Source: Trichoplax adhaerens (lineage: Eukaryota > Animalia > Placozoa). Taken from it: a stretch of DNA of 64,000 nucleotides. Positions 40,303 through 53,501 of this stretch are shown piece after piece. The position numbers and the translations under genes were made by a program. Below the pieces are notes generated by a model. It was not told the DNA's origin, did no database searches, and saw only the letters and a program-made list of their open reading frames with translations. The stretch lies in the NCBI RefSeq assembly GCF_000150275.1, contig NW_002060976.1, positions 377,626-441,625 on the forward strand, in the 5' to 3' direction. The stretch's first letter is position 1, and each line of letters opens with the position of its first letter.

Positions 40303-43300
40303 TTAGCTACAGAAAACTGGATAGGCAGTTTGCCTCCAGCATTCTTCCCATCTCTTACGCTGAAAAGTTTTTAAATTTTTTCTGAATAGGTCTATTTTAC
40401 GCTGCTGATCAGGAAATCCCTTTAACAATTCCTATAGTAATGTGTTGAAATTGCATTAAATTGATGACACGGTGAATACAAATTAAATCATTGAAACAGA
40501 CCTGCATCTGCAGGCATAATTCTTGCTCGTTTTGAAATATCATTCCATTTTCTTCATGTTTGACGAGTTCATGCAAGCTGCAATTGTTGGTAAATATATT
40601 CTATAAGCATATAAATCAACTTATCCGTTCCCCTTAAAAAATTAGCATTGCCAATGAACTCGAGGTAGCTAAAAAAAAAGCACCCTCAGGCAATTACAAC
40701 TCATCCGGGTATAACTAACCAATCAAAACTGATAGCACAAACTGGCAATCCGCAGCCAAACATATCGACAACCTACAGTAGACAAGAAGAAGGAATTAAG
40801 TTAACGTTGACAGACTACCAGTTGGAAATACGATAACTCTAGCATAAGAAAGTCACAGAAATGATCACCTTCATAGGCAGATCCAAACCGGAAGAAGATT
40901 TATGCAGACATACACCTAAATCGGCAGCACCTGTGTGTAGATAGCAACAATACTATCTAAGCATAACAGACCACGACAGTACACGAGTAACTGAAATGAT
41001 TGTGATTATTATTGAGTATTCTCCAATTTGCATGTCTACTGTATGCCACATAAAATAGTATCTATTGCCATAACCATCCGAACTAACAGCGTAAATATGG
41101 AGTCTCATAATCAGCCAAATTAATTATATCAGCAAGGGTAAATCAAACCTAAGATCTTAGGATAGTCTTCTGCTTTCAACCAAGGGGTACATATGGATAT
41201 GCATTTAAAAGATTTCTTTTGAATCAATTCTTGGTAATATTCTTTCAGTGGGCCTTTACCTATTCATTAAATTGTAGCTATTAGAACCAAAGCGAAATTG
41301 ATTAAGTCAAAATTAATAACTGTTGTTTATGTACAGTAGTTTAGACCTGTTATTACGCAAATTAAGCGCGGGTACTTTTTGCTATTACGCAAATTGTTAA
41401 CCAAATTTTCGTATCCTAATTCGCAAACGAAATAAAGTTTATTTTATCATGCGCCAATAACGTAGACTTTCCAAGTATAGGTTACTAGCAGAAAATTTTT
41501 GATGTACTAAGGTAGAAATGATACGATACAAGCACTACTACTTGTAAATAGTCTACCAAGTACCTTCTAGTGCATTCAATAGTATAGAAAAGTCTTCATC
41601 CTCTGAAATAGTTGAATATTTTATGAATTCGATATTGTCATATGTGCAAAATGATCCTAGTGATTACTTGGCTATTGATTTCTTACCCGTCCAGCTAGTA
41701 CTACTGATAAGAAGAGCTGGTCTATCTGCCTTATATTTGATCGTTTCTCCATCTTTGTAAGTAAATGCTGTATCTTGTGAATTGCTACGTCATCAAGAAA
41801 TTTAAAGGCGGTTACTTAGCGTCAACATGGGTTTTTCAAATAAAAAAATTAGAATAATGTTGTTTCATCCATTGAGAAAATATCCTAAATCCAACCTAGA
41901 ATCGCCTCGAAATATTTCATATTCGTTGGCCAAGACTGAAATTATCTAGTCAATTCATAATTATTATAATGTAGAGTAGTTTTAGTCCCATCATCAGTCA
42001 ATGTCCTTGTAATATTTTACATCATTTCTATCATAGCAACATTTACTGTTTGGCATACCTTATGCTTACTTTCTAAATCCAATGATTTGAACATAGCCGG
42101 AGGTCGATCGTACAGTGTAAATGCTCTACTCAATTTAGTACAAAATGAATATTTTTAATCATACTTGGTTACAAATATGGAAAAACATTTAACTTCATTA
42201 TAATAATCTTCGATGATCCAAACAGGACTCATACATGTATTGCAATATGCAGCAATTAGATCAACAGATTTAACGGCTATACGAATGCCTTACTTGATCG
42301 ACCAATTTTTTTGCAAGTCATCGCGCATAGCATTGGTAACGCAAAAATTGGCATCTGATAATCTCCCAAAGAACCTTTCATACCTATCATTGATGTTATG
42401 TTTGGATAAGAGCATTGAAGTAGATTTGAATCTGATCAAATATTGCACCGACGCGTTTATATTAGGTTTAACTATTACTTACCACTTTGATAGTCGTACA
42501 AGTATATGTTGTTTCCCTAACGTCAAGCCTAGAATTGTGTATCCGTAGTTATGCCAATCAATAACCAACTTACTACCTCTTAGTCTACAAACAAACCAAG
42601 CAACAGCTATCGTTGGGAAAGCAGGTGGGTTCTAATATTGAAATACAAAAGTCATCAAGATATTACTTCTCTTTCAATTATGATTATTGTTCTTGTGTCA
42701 TCATCCTAGTATTACAGTACAAATAGAAAATTAGTATAAAAGGGAAACACTTGGCTTAACCTGAAGTAATAGAAAATCAGGCTTTGATATTCTAAACATA
42801 AGGTATATGGACAGTTGTAGTACAAGGTAAATGGCTTTCATCAAGTAGCGCAAAAGTCCTGGAAGGCCTAAATTAAATAGATGGATCATGTTACTATAGC
42901 ATTATTTGATGTACTGATGAAGGATTGATAGCTATATTTAGCGGATTTATGGAGGATAAGTGCATGGCTTGTTTATTGTCTGATCTCTTGATCCGATGAC
43001 GTTATTGACTATTCATGTCCTATACAAAACTAAAGCCAAATCACTAATAGCAATCAACTTTATGGTTTCCTAACCGTTTAGACTTGTTGGAGGCTGCATG
43101 GCATGAATCTTGATGTTGGTTTGATCGATTAGAGCATCATGAGGTTTAGTTCCTATAACACACATTGTATTTGTATCATATTGAAGGAAAAATTCGGATA
43201 TACCTTTCAATGTTAAAAGACTAGTAAGCAATAGCCGAGAACATCCCTTTGCTCAACTCTATCGACAGTCTAATGGCAAGTCTGCACCTTTATTTAGTGC

Positions 43301-44039
43301 TCTACTAGTCTCGTATCGGTTGCAATGCTCTACAAGAGGCAAACAGTGTCAATGATCGTACGTTCTTCAGCATCGCTGCACTCATTATAGTAACAAGACA
43401 TGACAAACGATTAGAAAATTACATGGAATAGCCGAGAACATCTCTTTGCTCAACTCTATCGACAGTCTAATGGCAAGTCTGCACCTTTATTTAGTGCTCT
43501 ACTAGTCTCGTATCGGTTGCAATGCTCTACAAGAGGCAAATAGTGTCAATGATCGTACGTTCTTCAGCATCGCTGCACTCATTATAGTAACAAGACATGA
43601 CAAACGATTAGAAAATTACATGGAATAGCCGAGAACATCTCTTTGCTTAACTCTATTGACAGTCTAATGCCAAGTCTGCACCTTTATTTAGTGCTCTACT
43701 AGTCTCCTAGGAGTCCTATCGGTTTCATTGCTCTACAAGAGGCAAATAGTGTCAATGATCGTACGTTCTTCAGCATCGCTGCACTCATTATAGTAACAAG
43801 ACATGACAAACGATTTGAATATTGCATATCATTTGTCATATGGATTAGATGCTATCCTGAATTCCTAATGATCGATTTATGACTTGAATCATTCAATCAA
43901 TCACTGTATTATTGTAACCACCTGCATATCCAACCAGGTCGACTTTCAATCCAGCCTTGGCTAACGATATGCTATGATACTGCATACGAGGGCTCCTACC
44001 AATATCGCCAAGTACAAGAACACAAATGTTCCTATCCAT
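40303..44039 (-). CDS. ALG1: Chitobiosyldiphosphodolichol beta-mannosyltransferase, 15 exons, ~431 aa
   Basis: Exons 43922-44039, 43075-43152, 42761-42867, 42483-42631, 42294-42383, 42059-42125, 41896-41945, 41687-41784, 41564-41602, 41347-41415, 41149-41259, 40869-40930, 40720-40772, 40502-40577, 40303-40431. All GT-AG, 1296 nt total. Motifs [70 protein letters not shown]. The 5' end is uncertain. Confidence 0.93.
43230..43815. repeat. Tandem repeat, 197 bp x 3, in ALG1 intron 1
   Basis: aatagccgagaacatc.ctttgct at 43230, 43427 and 43624; units are near-identical. Confidence 0.95.
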
Positions 44040-44571
44040 CTCTCTTTCTTCTACAAGCAGATGTATGAATTGCGGGATATTCTATGGCCTCTAGCTTTTA
44101 ATGCAGAATTGGCAACCAAGTATAAAAGTAGTTTAGCAACCAGCAGCAGCAACTGTCCAAGCTAAAGGAAATCCTTCGACTACCAGGCTCTACTTTTGTA
44201 GTCCATGGTAACCCATACCATCCCTAGCATGACTGCTGGAACTCCATACTGTATCTGTTCAGAAGAACACTGTTTGCAACAGTATTCTCGATGATTGAGG
44301 GTAGCCATACTGTTAGCTATCCTCTATCGGCACTGTATTGGACAGTAAAATTTTCTACTCATGTAGATTGAGAATTTGTTGCCATTCCGTTGGCTAAAAC
44401 TTGATTCTATCCAGTATTTCTTCTACTGTAGTGAGCTACAAATACTTTCTGCCAGTCTTGGCTAACCTTGTCTTGATGGAAAGGATAGAATGCGGTGAAA
44501 TTGGCCTGAAAACCGGACTGAATGATCAACTACACCAGTTGCAATAGATGCCAATACCATGTCAATACTGC

Positions 44572-45030
44572 AATTTTCCAAGCTATGGCCGTGTTGGTTA
44601 TCAAGTTGGATCAATCTTTTAACCATAGAGGTATTTTTCATTTACTGTAATTTTCCAAGCTATGGCCATGTTGGTTATCAAGTTGGATCAATCTTTTAAC
44701 CATAGAGGTATTTTTCATTTACTGTAATTTTCCAAGCTATGGCCATGTTGGTTATCAAGTCGGATCTATGTTGTTGATCCATGTTGGTTGTCAAGTTGGA
44801 TCAATCTTTTACCCATAGAGGTATTTTTCATTTACTGTAATTTTCCAAGCTATGGCCATGTTGGTTATCAAGTTGGATCAATCTTTTAACCATAGAGGTA
44901 TTTTTCATTTACTGTAATTTTCCAAGCTATGGCCATGTTGGTTATCAAGTTGGATCTATGTTGTTGATCCATGTTGGTTATCAAGTCGGATCTATGTTAT
45001 TGATCCATGTTGATTATCAAGTTGGATACT
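44572..45030. repeat. Higher-order minisatellite: 77-bp unit with 36-bp sub-unit, upstream of ALG1
   Basis: aattttccaagctatggcc.tgttggttatcaagttggatc at 44572, 44649, 44726 and onward, with interspersed ccatgttggttatcaagt.ggatctatgttgttgat units. Confidence 0.92.
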
Positions 45031-46334
45031 ACGTTAGTCAACAGTGCCTTTATTCATCGACTATAACGATTAGATTGCCGAACGATGCTTACTAACTACT
45101 CAACAGAAATCCGATTCAACTTAATGAAGAGAGAGAGAGATCTTGACTAACCATGATCGGTCCAATGAAACTTCACGCTTTCTTCCTTCCTTCCTTTTTG
45201 AAGCCATGTGGTGAAAATCCATTGACTTGCTGAATTGTAAGTCAATTACTTTATTGAATGAATACGAATCAGAAGCAAGACTCACTGAGTTGATATCTCG
45301 ATCAATTTGTCTTACAGATTCTTGGATTTAATTCGCCCAAAGATTCTTTTGAAAATACTAACTAACATCGTCGTAAATGTTGGCATAACAAGCCTGGAGG
45401 AGGAAGATTATGCCGACATGTTAGTAATGATGCTTTAGGGCTAAACTACCACTCACTAAAGGAACTTCTGAAAGGCAAAGTATCCTTTTTCAATAGGTAA
45501 GTGTTTATTTAAATATCACAGCAGTAGCTAGCAGTGTGGAGAGAGTAGACATTTCTATTAATACGGTACTATCATCATCATTGATACAGTAGAAAATTCC
45601 CTCATGAAATGATTGACACAGGTCCATTCGTTCAAAGTAAGTGAGACAAGCTTGAACTCGATAGTCAATCTACTGTCTTGGCATCATCTTGCAGTGTAAT
45701 GCAAGATGATTTTCGACATCATTCACAGTACAGTACATCTGTCTACAGTTAACTAAGACCTCATTAAGCCATCAATCGATCATAATTCGTCTCCATATTG
45801 ACCAATAGCAACATGATCAATGACAAGCAATGATTGCTTTCATGTATCATGCCGATGCGATTTCACTTTTAAGTTAATTCCGTTGGTAACTTTGTTTCAC
45901 GGTTCAACTGGAAAATGAATTTACCTACCTTCAAGTATGTTATAAGCCAGCTAATGAATGGCCAAGATTTGCACCAAGCATGATTTACAGGCTTAATTGG
46001 GTTATATATACAGTATACCCATCATAAGGTAAATGCAAGTTAACAAATGGACGTACAATTTCAAATTGATCAACTATGCAATTGACAAGTGTACATATAA
46101 AACGTTTGTTATGCAATGTCTAATGGTTGAAATATTACCTACGAGCTCGTGCGATCCTTCAGCCCATGAACGATGATAATATAATAAATTATCGACATAG
46201 ACGAATAGCTTTAACTGATGATAAGAACTTTGGTAACAATTTTGTAAGCTACTCTAAGTTACTGTTGATTGAAATGGCATTGGCGGCTTCGTGCTTGGAA
46301 TGTGGATACACGATTTTTATGTTTTCAATAGTCA

Positions 46335-47330
46335 TATATTTTTAACTGTCATCAATCACAGACATTGCATTGAGTTATAATAACAATAATAACATGCAGG
46401 TTTCATTATTCTACTGTAGTAAACTGGAATAATGTGGCAAGATGGCTGTAAACTATTTTAAAAGTTTAATTTACTACAATACAATTAACAATTAGAACAT
46501 GTTTGCTGTGCAATGACTCATTTCTGGAAAATAAAACTGACAGGATATACAATCCTTTAGCTGATGAATCACATTGGCAGAACAGTACGAAGACATATGG
46601 ATATTTTTTACGCATTAAAAGAGACTTCTCCACAAACTAGTAAGCCTTTAAGTAACTATTTTCTGCATGATTACTGGCTGCCTGATGCTCGTATTCCAAT
46701 TTTATGTTTTATTAGTTATGGATTTCAAGTGTTTTATCTCATAGACATTGCATTGTACGTGTTACTATTCCTTACAGATTTCGTTTATCCTACTGTGCTA
46801 ACTCTGAATAATGTTGCCAAAAAAGTTAAAAGTTTAATTTATTAACAATACAATTTGCAAGTAGAACAACCTTGGCTGTGCAATGGCCAACTTAAAAAAA
46901 TAAGTAATACTTACAAGATCCACGTACGAACCTTTAGCGGATAAATCAAGCATGCCTGACACAGATGGATAGTTTTAACTACTGCAATCGAATGAGACTT
47001 CTTCAACAAACTTGTAAGCCAACAAGTTATTGCTGTTTGTAAGCTCGTTAGCTGCCTTATGCTCGAAACGCTGACGTATGATTCTATGTAGATAGTTTTT
47101 ATGTATGAGTAGTCCATTTGTTATAATTTATTGATATTTGCTTAGACGTATTATAATGAGAGACAGGTTTCGTTATCCTACTATGCCAAAGTAGAATAAA
47201 GTTGCAAGTAATTAAAGTTTAATTTATTCTGATCCTTTAGCTGATGAATCACATTTGCAAAATATGACTGACACTAATGGGTAGTGTTAACGACCCAAAA
47301 GAGATTCCTACAACAAACTTGTAAGCTACT
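46335..47330. repeat. Degenerate interleaved duplications
   Basis: agacattgcattg (~46360, ~46743), ctact.tg...gaataa...aaagtttaattta (three times), atcctttagctgatgaatcacatt (~46552, ~47232). Confidence 0.6.
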
Positions 47331-48745
47331 AGCAGAGAATTTCTGGTAAAAATCCCTGCTGCTAAGTTTTTACTTTTTGTGAGGCCGTTGGCTGCTCGTA
47401 CTTGGAATATCAATTTATGATATTCAATTTTAAAAGGTGGGTATTTTACTTGCAATAAGTGGTGGATATTACGAATACTGTACATAATAGCATACTGGTT
47501 TCAATATATTACTGTACTAAATTCGAAGAATGTGAGATGGCTGGAAAATACTTGAAAATTCAAATTTAATTATTAATTTATTATTATTCGTAAACGCTTG
47601 CAAAACTGCTTTGTAATAACTAATGCGGAAAAATATGACTTATCGATGTGCTATTATGAATTTACTACACTGCTCAATCTTTTTACTACTAAGCTTATAT
47701 TGCTGTTAGGTTTGATTAACTGCATTATGATGTTTATAAACACTAATTAATACTTGTATAATATGTTATAACGCTACTTTGCGAGTTAGTGCACTATATG
47801 TAATCTCTACTTAAGTCTATCATCATCTGACTGATCCTCGTATATTGTAGCCATTATGAATACAAGCACAGAAAATATGTTATTACCGATTCCTTTGTGC
47901 AATGTAGGAATTTCCGACAGTCTGCATGGGTGTAAGATAGATCTGATTTGCAACAGATTAATACTTATTTCATTATTAAAGTAATATTAGTAAGGTAAGA
48001 CAACGTAACTGCAGCAAAACTATGAAACAGAAATTGTGGATCACTTTATAAGCTAATAAATCTAGAGAGTGAGATTATATGATAGCATGTATATACATTT
48101 TTAATACTATTGGACAATGTATAACGCTGTGTAAACTGACGACAGTTTCTAAAATCAAGAATTTTAGTTCAAATCAGTATTAACTAGAAATGATGGTCTA
48201 GTATCCACTTGCAAAATTATCATAGGTCGATAGGCAACAAAGCCTTTATTCCTTGTTTAGAGCTATTAGCTAGGACACGCGTAAAGTAATCTGCTGCACC
48301 AGTACAAATTGATCTATGCTGAAGTTATATATACAGTATATAAAATATGTTGCACGATGCAAAGTTAAAACTACTAAAGTTAAGCAATGTAAATTCGGAC
48401 GATAAATTGCTTGAGATCAATTAGACGTATTATCCAAATGCGGCTTAAAGCAGCTGCTGTACTAGTTACTTCAAAACTACATTCCACAATAGCGATAAAG
48501 TTTAAAATATCGATGCCACTTCATTACCAAAAGTAATCTTATTCGTTAATATTAGAGTCATGCAAAATTTATTTTACTGTATATTAAAATATTAGACGAT
48601 TTATTTATCAGGAGCTAAGATGTACAATGTTGTACGTGAACTATAACGAGCGAGAGATCTACTAGTATCTTAGTATAACATGTCTCCACAAAAAAATTGA
48701 AGAAGAAATGCCCATTATTAATTATGCTTGGATCACTTATAGCCA

Positions 48746-51700
48746 TCATATGCTTCTCTTCCATCCGGCTATTTTTTCTTCCAGTTGGTCCACTATAGAA
48801 ATCTTTTTCATCTTACGTAAAGCTGCAACCACAACATAAATATCAGCATTTTGCCCGGCATTATTTTCCCACAATTTTAGAACTTTGTACACTTTATCGT
48901 AGCGGCTCTGTTCTCTTAATTTAATTTCGTCAATTTCTGTCTCTGACAAATGCAACAAGATTCCCAAACGTAATAAATCGTCTATATGGAGTTTCTCTGC
49001 TATTATATCGAAGAACCCTGTATCCATTTCTATATTAAAAATAAAATGGAGAACATGAACTATTGTTCAAGTCGCCAAGGTTGTATCTGATCTAGAATGC
49101 ATGATTAGCAATGATATAGCAAATGCTTTTTCATAATAACTGTAATTTTAAAACTGATGATATTTTATAAAATGCAACCTGCTGTTAATACTACGATTTA
49201 GGATTTTTAATTGTCGCTTTAGGTTTGATTCAATTTTATTACTATGAACTCTTCTAAAAGCTTACTGGATAAACAATCTGAACAAATTTTAAATCGGAAA
49301 ATTAACTCATAAAATGATTATCTACTATTCGGATGTTTCACTGGTGGTTAGCTAATCTTATAAAGCTTACTAGACAAACAATGTAGAAAAAAATTAAGAT
49401 TGAATATTTTTTAATTTATAAATCATTATTTATTGTGTCAAGTAGCTTACTAGTAGCTAGAATATTCTAATTACGATCTTAAAAATTCGTTGGCGATATC
49501 ATTATCTAGTAAAACTGGATGCGATCATATCATCAGTGGCAAACGTAGCTGAAAGTATTACATCAATTGACGAGGTAAAGTATTCCTATGTTAGAATTTA
49601 TACGGAGTAATGGCTCTTAATCATATTTGAATCAATCTAAAATTGAATTACTAAATGCAATTGAGAATGATTGATAGATATCAATTCAATAGAGGTTTAC
49701 CTTCATCTTTGGTATCTTTCCATCGGTCTAAAGTAGTGGAATAAAAATAGCAATAATCGATTAATAGTTCTATCGTTCAAGTAATCAGTACAGTAAATTA
49801 GTGCCCATAATTCTTGATAATAATCAACTATTGTTTACGCTATTACAAAATCACCTTATATTAAATAGTAAAATAGCTATGATAGAGTACATTTATGCCT
49901 CTTTGCTTGCTCTAGCGTATGACTATAGTTTATTATATCATGAAAAGTGATAATATAAGAATGAAGCTGCTGTTTATTCTTACATGCTTACCTATCCAGA
50001 AATTTTCATTATAAATCATCCAATCGTTCAAAGATCGACTCTCAAAGTACATATTACAATGCTTACATTGAATGCAATTTTGATCTCCTTCCTTGTATTC
50101 TTCGGTTATACTTGTTTGTGTATTACATTCACTACATTTGACGAAATATCGACAATCAGCCCCTTTAAACTTGACCATCCTTTCATTGACAGTGGAGATG
50201 AGTTTATTCTTGACAATTTCGTGTGGCCGTTTGACAAATATAGAATTTTTAACTTTATCCTTAATCAATTGACTTGTCTTGGGCTCATTTATTTTCTGAT
50301 AGCAATATTGTAAACCGATGTGAGATTCCTCTTTCTTGACTACAAGGTAATGATCGTCATTTTCTAAATAATATCTGGAACATTGATAGCATAATTTTAC
50401 GTCCTTATTATTCCATTCCTTTAAACAAGAAGATAATAAGCAATAATAAATTCCATCTGGAAGATATGGAATATCTGTACGCTCGTATCCGATGTAGAGC
50501 CAATCTGATTGATGACATTTTGGTAAATCAAATGGCTTAACATCATCTCGTAACAAGTATGGAACAAAGTATTGACATTCTTCTCCGTTGTCGTTCTTCT
50601 CATTTGTAATTGAACATAGAATATCATAAGCATCCATGAGTGCCAATATAGTTTGCTTACTATCGTCGTCTAAATTAAATTTATAAATAGCATGATCAAT
50701 GTAGGATCTTGATAATTTTCCTGTTGTGCTGGCTTTCTCATAGTCGCGTTGTATCTGTGCACCTCCTTGTACAAAATCTTGTAATTGAATAATGGAACGA
50801 AATATATTTAATAACCAATCGACATTAGTTATAATAATTCCGTCGTCGCCTACTTTATCACAGTAGATGACTTCTCCTAAATCGTGTAGATACATTAGCA
50901 TAGCGATTAATTCATCATGGTTTTCATATAATCCGTATTGTTGAGACAAGGTTACTATTTGTTGCATTGTCATAATATTATGGACTTGAGAATGTCTAAT
51001 TTCATTGATAATTGAAGATGCGGATTGATTGTTACTGTTAGTAGGGAGCGATTTATTTAATATTGTAGCCATGATATACCATCGAATAGGTATAGGATTC
51101 GTAATAAATGGCAGCGATTGTACAAATGCCTTAATGATACCATGTAAACGAAGACAACATTGTCGACGCTGCTGCAGTGTCGACGGAGTACTATCAAGAG
51201 GATTGCAATCAAAAATAATACCAGAAGAATAGATATGACTGGCATAAGAAGGCATGCGAGACGTCAATGTAGACACAAATTGATTGAATCGAGTACGTCC
51301 ATCTTCTTCATTGGTAATATAATCGCCATGAGAAGCTACTAAAATAATAATAGGTAATGAATGCTGTGAAGGTGGTAAATGCTGTCCATCTTCACTTTGA
51401 ATGTTGACATTGATGGTACTTTGGCTTGTATGGCCAGCTATGATTGATGTAAGCCATTCTTGCATAGCTTGTAAATACGTCGTTTTGAGTGATTGGTTGT
51501 TCCTTGTTGTTACCTTGTCGTTAATGTCTTGATTAATATTAAATACTAAAATATAAATACTATTGACGGAGATAAAGGGATAATGAGTAACATGATAGAC
51601 GGCATGACCTGCGAAATCCCATATTTTAACATACTGATTTTTATCGTCTTTGTCTGTATTTTGATCGACGATCGACGAACAGTAATATTGATGTAAGCCT

Positions 51701-53501
51701 CGTTTAGACTGTGATTGAATTGGAATCTCTTTCCTTGCTATCGCTCCATCTTGCGTAATGACATCAGTTGCAGAAGAATCGACACTGTGTTGTTGCCCAT
51801 TTGACACAGGTGGATTATTGGTTATAACGGGTTGATGTATTGGATCCATGTCGGTTACTGGCTGACTGAGGTTATGTTGACGATCGATACTTGTTTGGGC
51901 TAAGTCTTGTATGACTGTCTTGACTTTATCGTCTAGTATTTCAGTCCAATCACAACCCTCTAAGTTCATAACATTATAATATGCAGTCTCTACCGTAATA
52001 TCCAAATTCTCAGCCACTTGTGTCGGAGATGGATTGTTGAGTCGTTGGTTGGTAAATATTTTTCGAACAGAAGTTTTCCCCACATTGCGAGCGCCAATGA
52101 ACATGCCTCGTATTAAATGATTAAAGCAATGACCATGTTTTAAGCTTTTGCGATATGCATTGTAATATTTCTTTTCTTGCAAAGCTGTAGAACAACAAAA
52201 TACAGAATAGGGTTACGGTTATCCATCGCTCTCTTGTCTACTACTGTATTACAACTCCACTTACCTTTCTCTTGTACGTCTTGATTGTTGTGACTGCCGT
52301 CGATAGTATTTGCTGGCGCTGTGACGTTGTTGGTTTGATTCGGTTGAAATAGTTCAACGATACTTTTGATCCAATTTCTCGCTATTGATGTCGACGATTT
52401 CTGCTTCTGGAGAGTGATTTCGATATTCTTTCCTATCCTTGTAACTAGGCCATCATTTCCGCTTGAGGCTGCGATCTGGAGTGACTTGTTAAAGTTATCC
52501 ACAGCCTGATCGTACTTGCCTTGGTGATGATAGACAAGTCCTATGTTGTGATATAAGTTGGCAACATGGGGATGATTGTGACCAAGGACTGACAATCCAA
52601 TTTGCAGTGACTTGTTATACATATCCACAGCCTGATCGTACTTGCCTTGGTGATGATAGACAACTCCTATGTTGTTATATGAACTGGCAACATGGGGATG
52701 ATTGTGACCAAGGACTGACAATCGAATTTGCAGTGACTTGTCAAACATATCCACAGCCTGATCTGACTTGCCTTGGTGATCATAGACAACTCCTATGTTG
52801 TGATATGACCACGCAACATGGGGATGATTGTGACCAAGGACTGACAATCGAATTTGCAGTGACTTGTTATGCATCTCCATAGCCTGATCTGACTTGCCTT
52901 GGTGATCATAGACAACTCCTATGCTGTTATATGACCGCGCAACATCAGGATGATTGTGACCAAGGACTGACAATCGAATTTGCAGTGACTTGTCAAACAT
53001 ATCCATAGCCTGATCGTACTTGCACAAGTCCCAGTAGACGCACCCAATTTGATGATAACTATCGGCAAGACGAGCATCCTTTTCGTCTAACCATTTTAAT
53101 TTCATTTCCAACGATTTCTTACCGTCTTCCAATGCTCCGTTGAAATCTTCTTGGCATCTCTTAATCTCGCTTTCTCTTTGTAAACATTGAGCCATGCTCA
53201 CTTCATCTTGCAGTTTAGTAGCCACAGTTTGTCCCTTTTCACTCCATTCAACAGCTTCCTTGAATTGATATTGTAAAGTGTAAATGTCACAAAGACCAAG
53301 ATAAATATCGCATGCAAGTCGATCAATATCCGCACTAGGATTCGACAGCGAAGCAATCGCATCGACAGCTTGTGTATAACAAGATAGTCCGTCCACCAAG
53401 TGGAAGGCAGTCTTGCATGAGTTGCCCTTGTCGTACAGTGATTGTATACGGGTATGGTGAGGAAGCCCACTCGTGGAAGAGACAGATTCATCATCAGCCA
53501 T
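48746..53501 (-). CDS. ROCO protein copy 1: TPR repeats - ROC GTPase - COR - CxxC/CxxC - Death domain, 4 coding exons, ~1246 aa
   Basis: Exons 52265-53501 (TPR), 49992-52184 (ROC: GARNVGKTS, WDFAGH, ASHGD; COR: YLHDLGEV, WLLNIFRSII, YFVPYLL; CSEC/CKHC), 49701-49727 (27-nt microexon DRWKDTKDE) and 48746-49029 (Death domain). All introns are phase-1 GT-AG, 3741 nt total. Confidence 0.85.
52470..53075 (-). repeat. Coding tandem repeat: five 126-bp (42-aa) TPR units in ROCO copy 1
   Basis: The block gatgattgtgaccaaggactgacaatcgaatttgcagtgacttgt recurs every 126 bp almost unchanged. Protein unit is PxVAxSYxxIGxVYxxQGKxDQAxxMxxKSLQIRLSVLGHNH. Confidence 0.95.

Noticed and set aside
42213-44165. 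Plus-strand ORFs 42213-42548 and 43974-44165
   Set aside because: They are antisense shadows of ALG1 exons and introns.
45300-45503. Plus-strand exon-like stretch ending in ag|gtaagt, divergent from ALG1
   Set aside because: An upstream stop is in frame, and there is no recognisable protein or downstream exon chain. It may be a non-coding divergent transcript, but this is unsupported.
49933-52182. LRRK2 or DAPK1 orthologue
   Set aside because: No kinase, LRR or ankyrin domains are present; only the ROC-COR core is shared.
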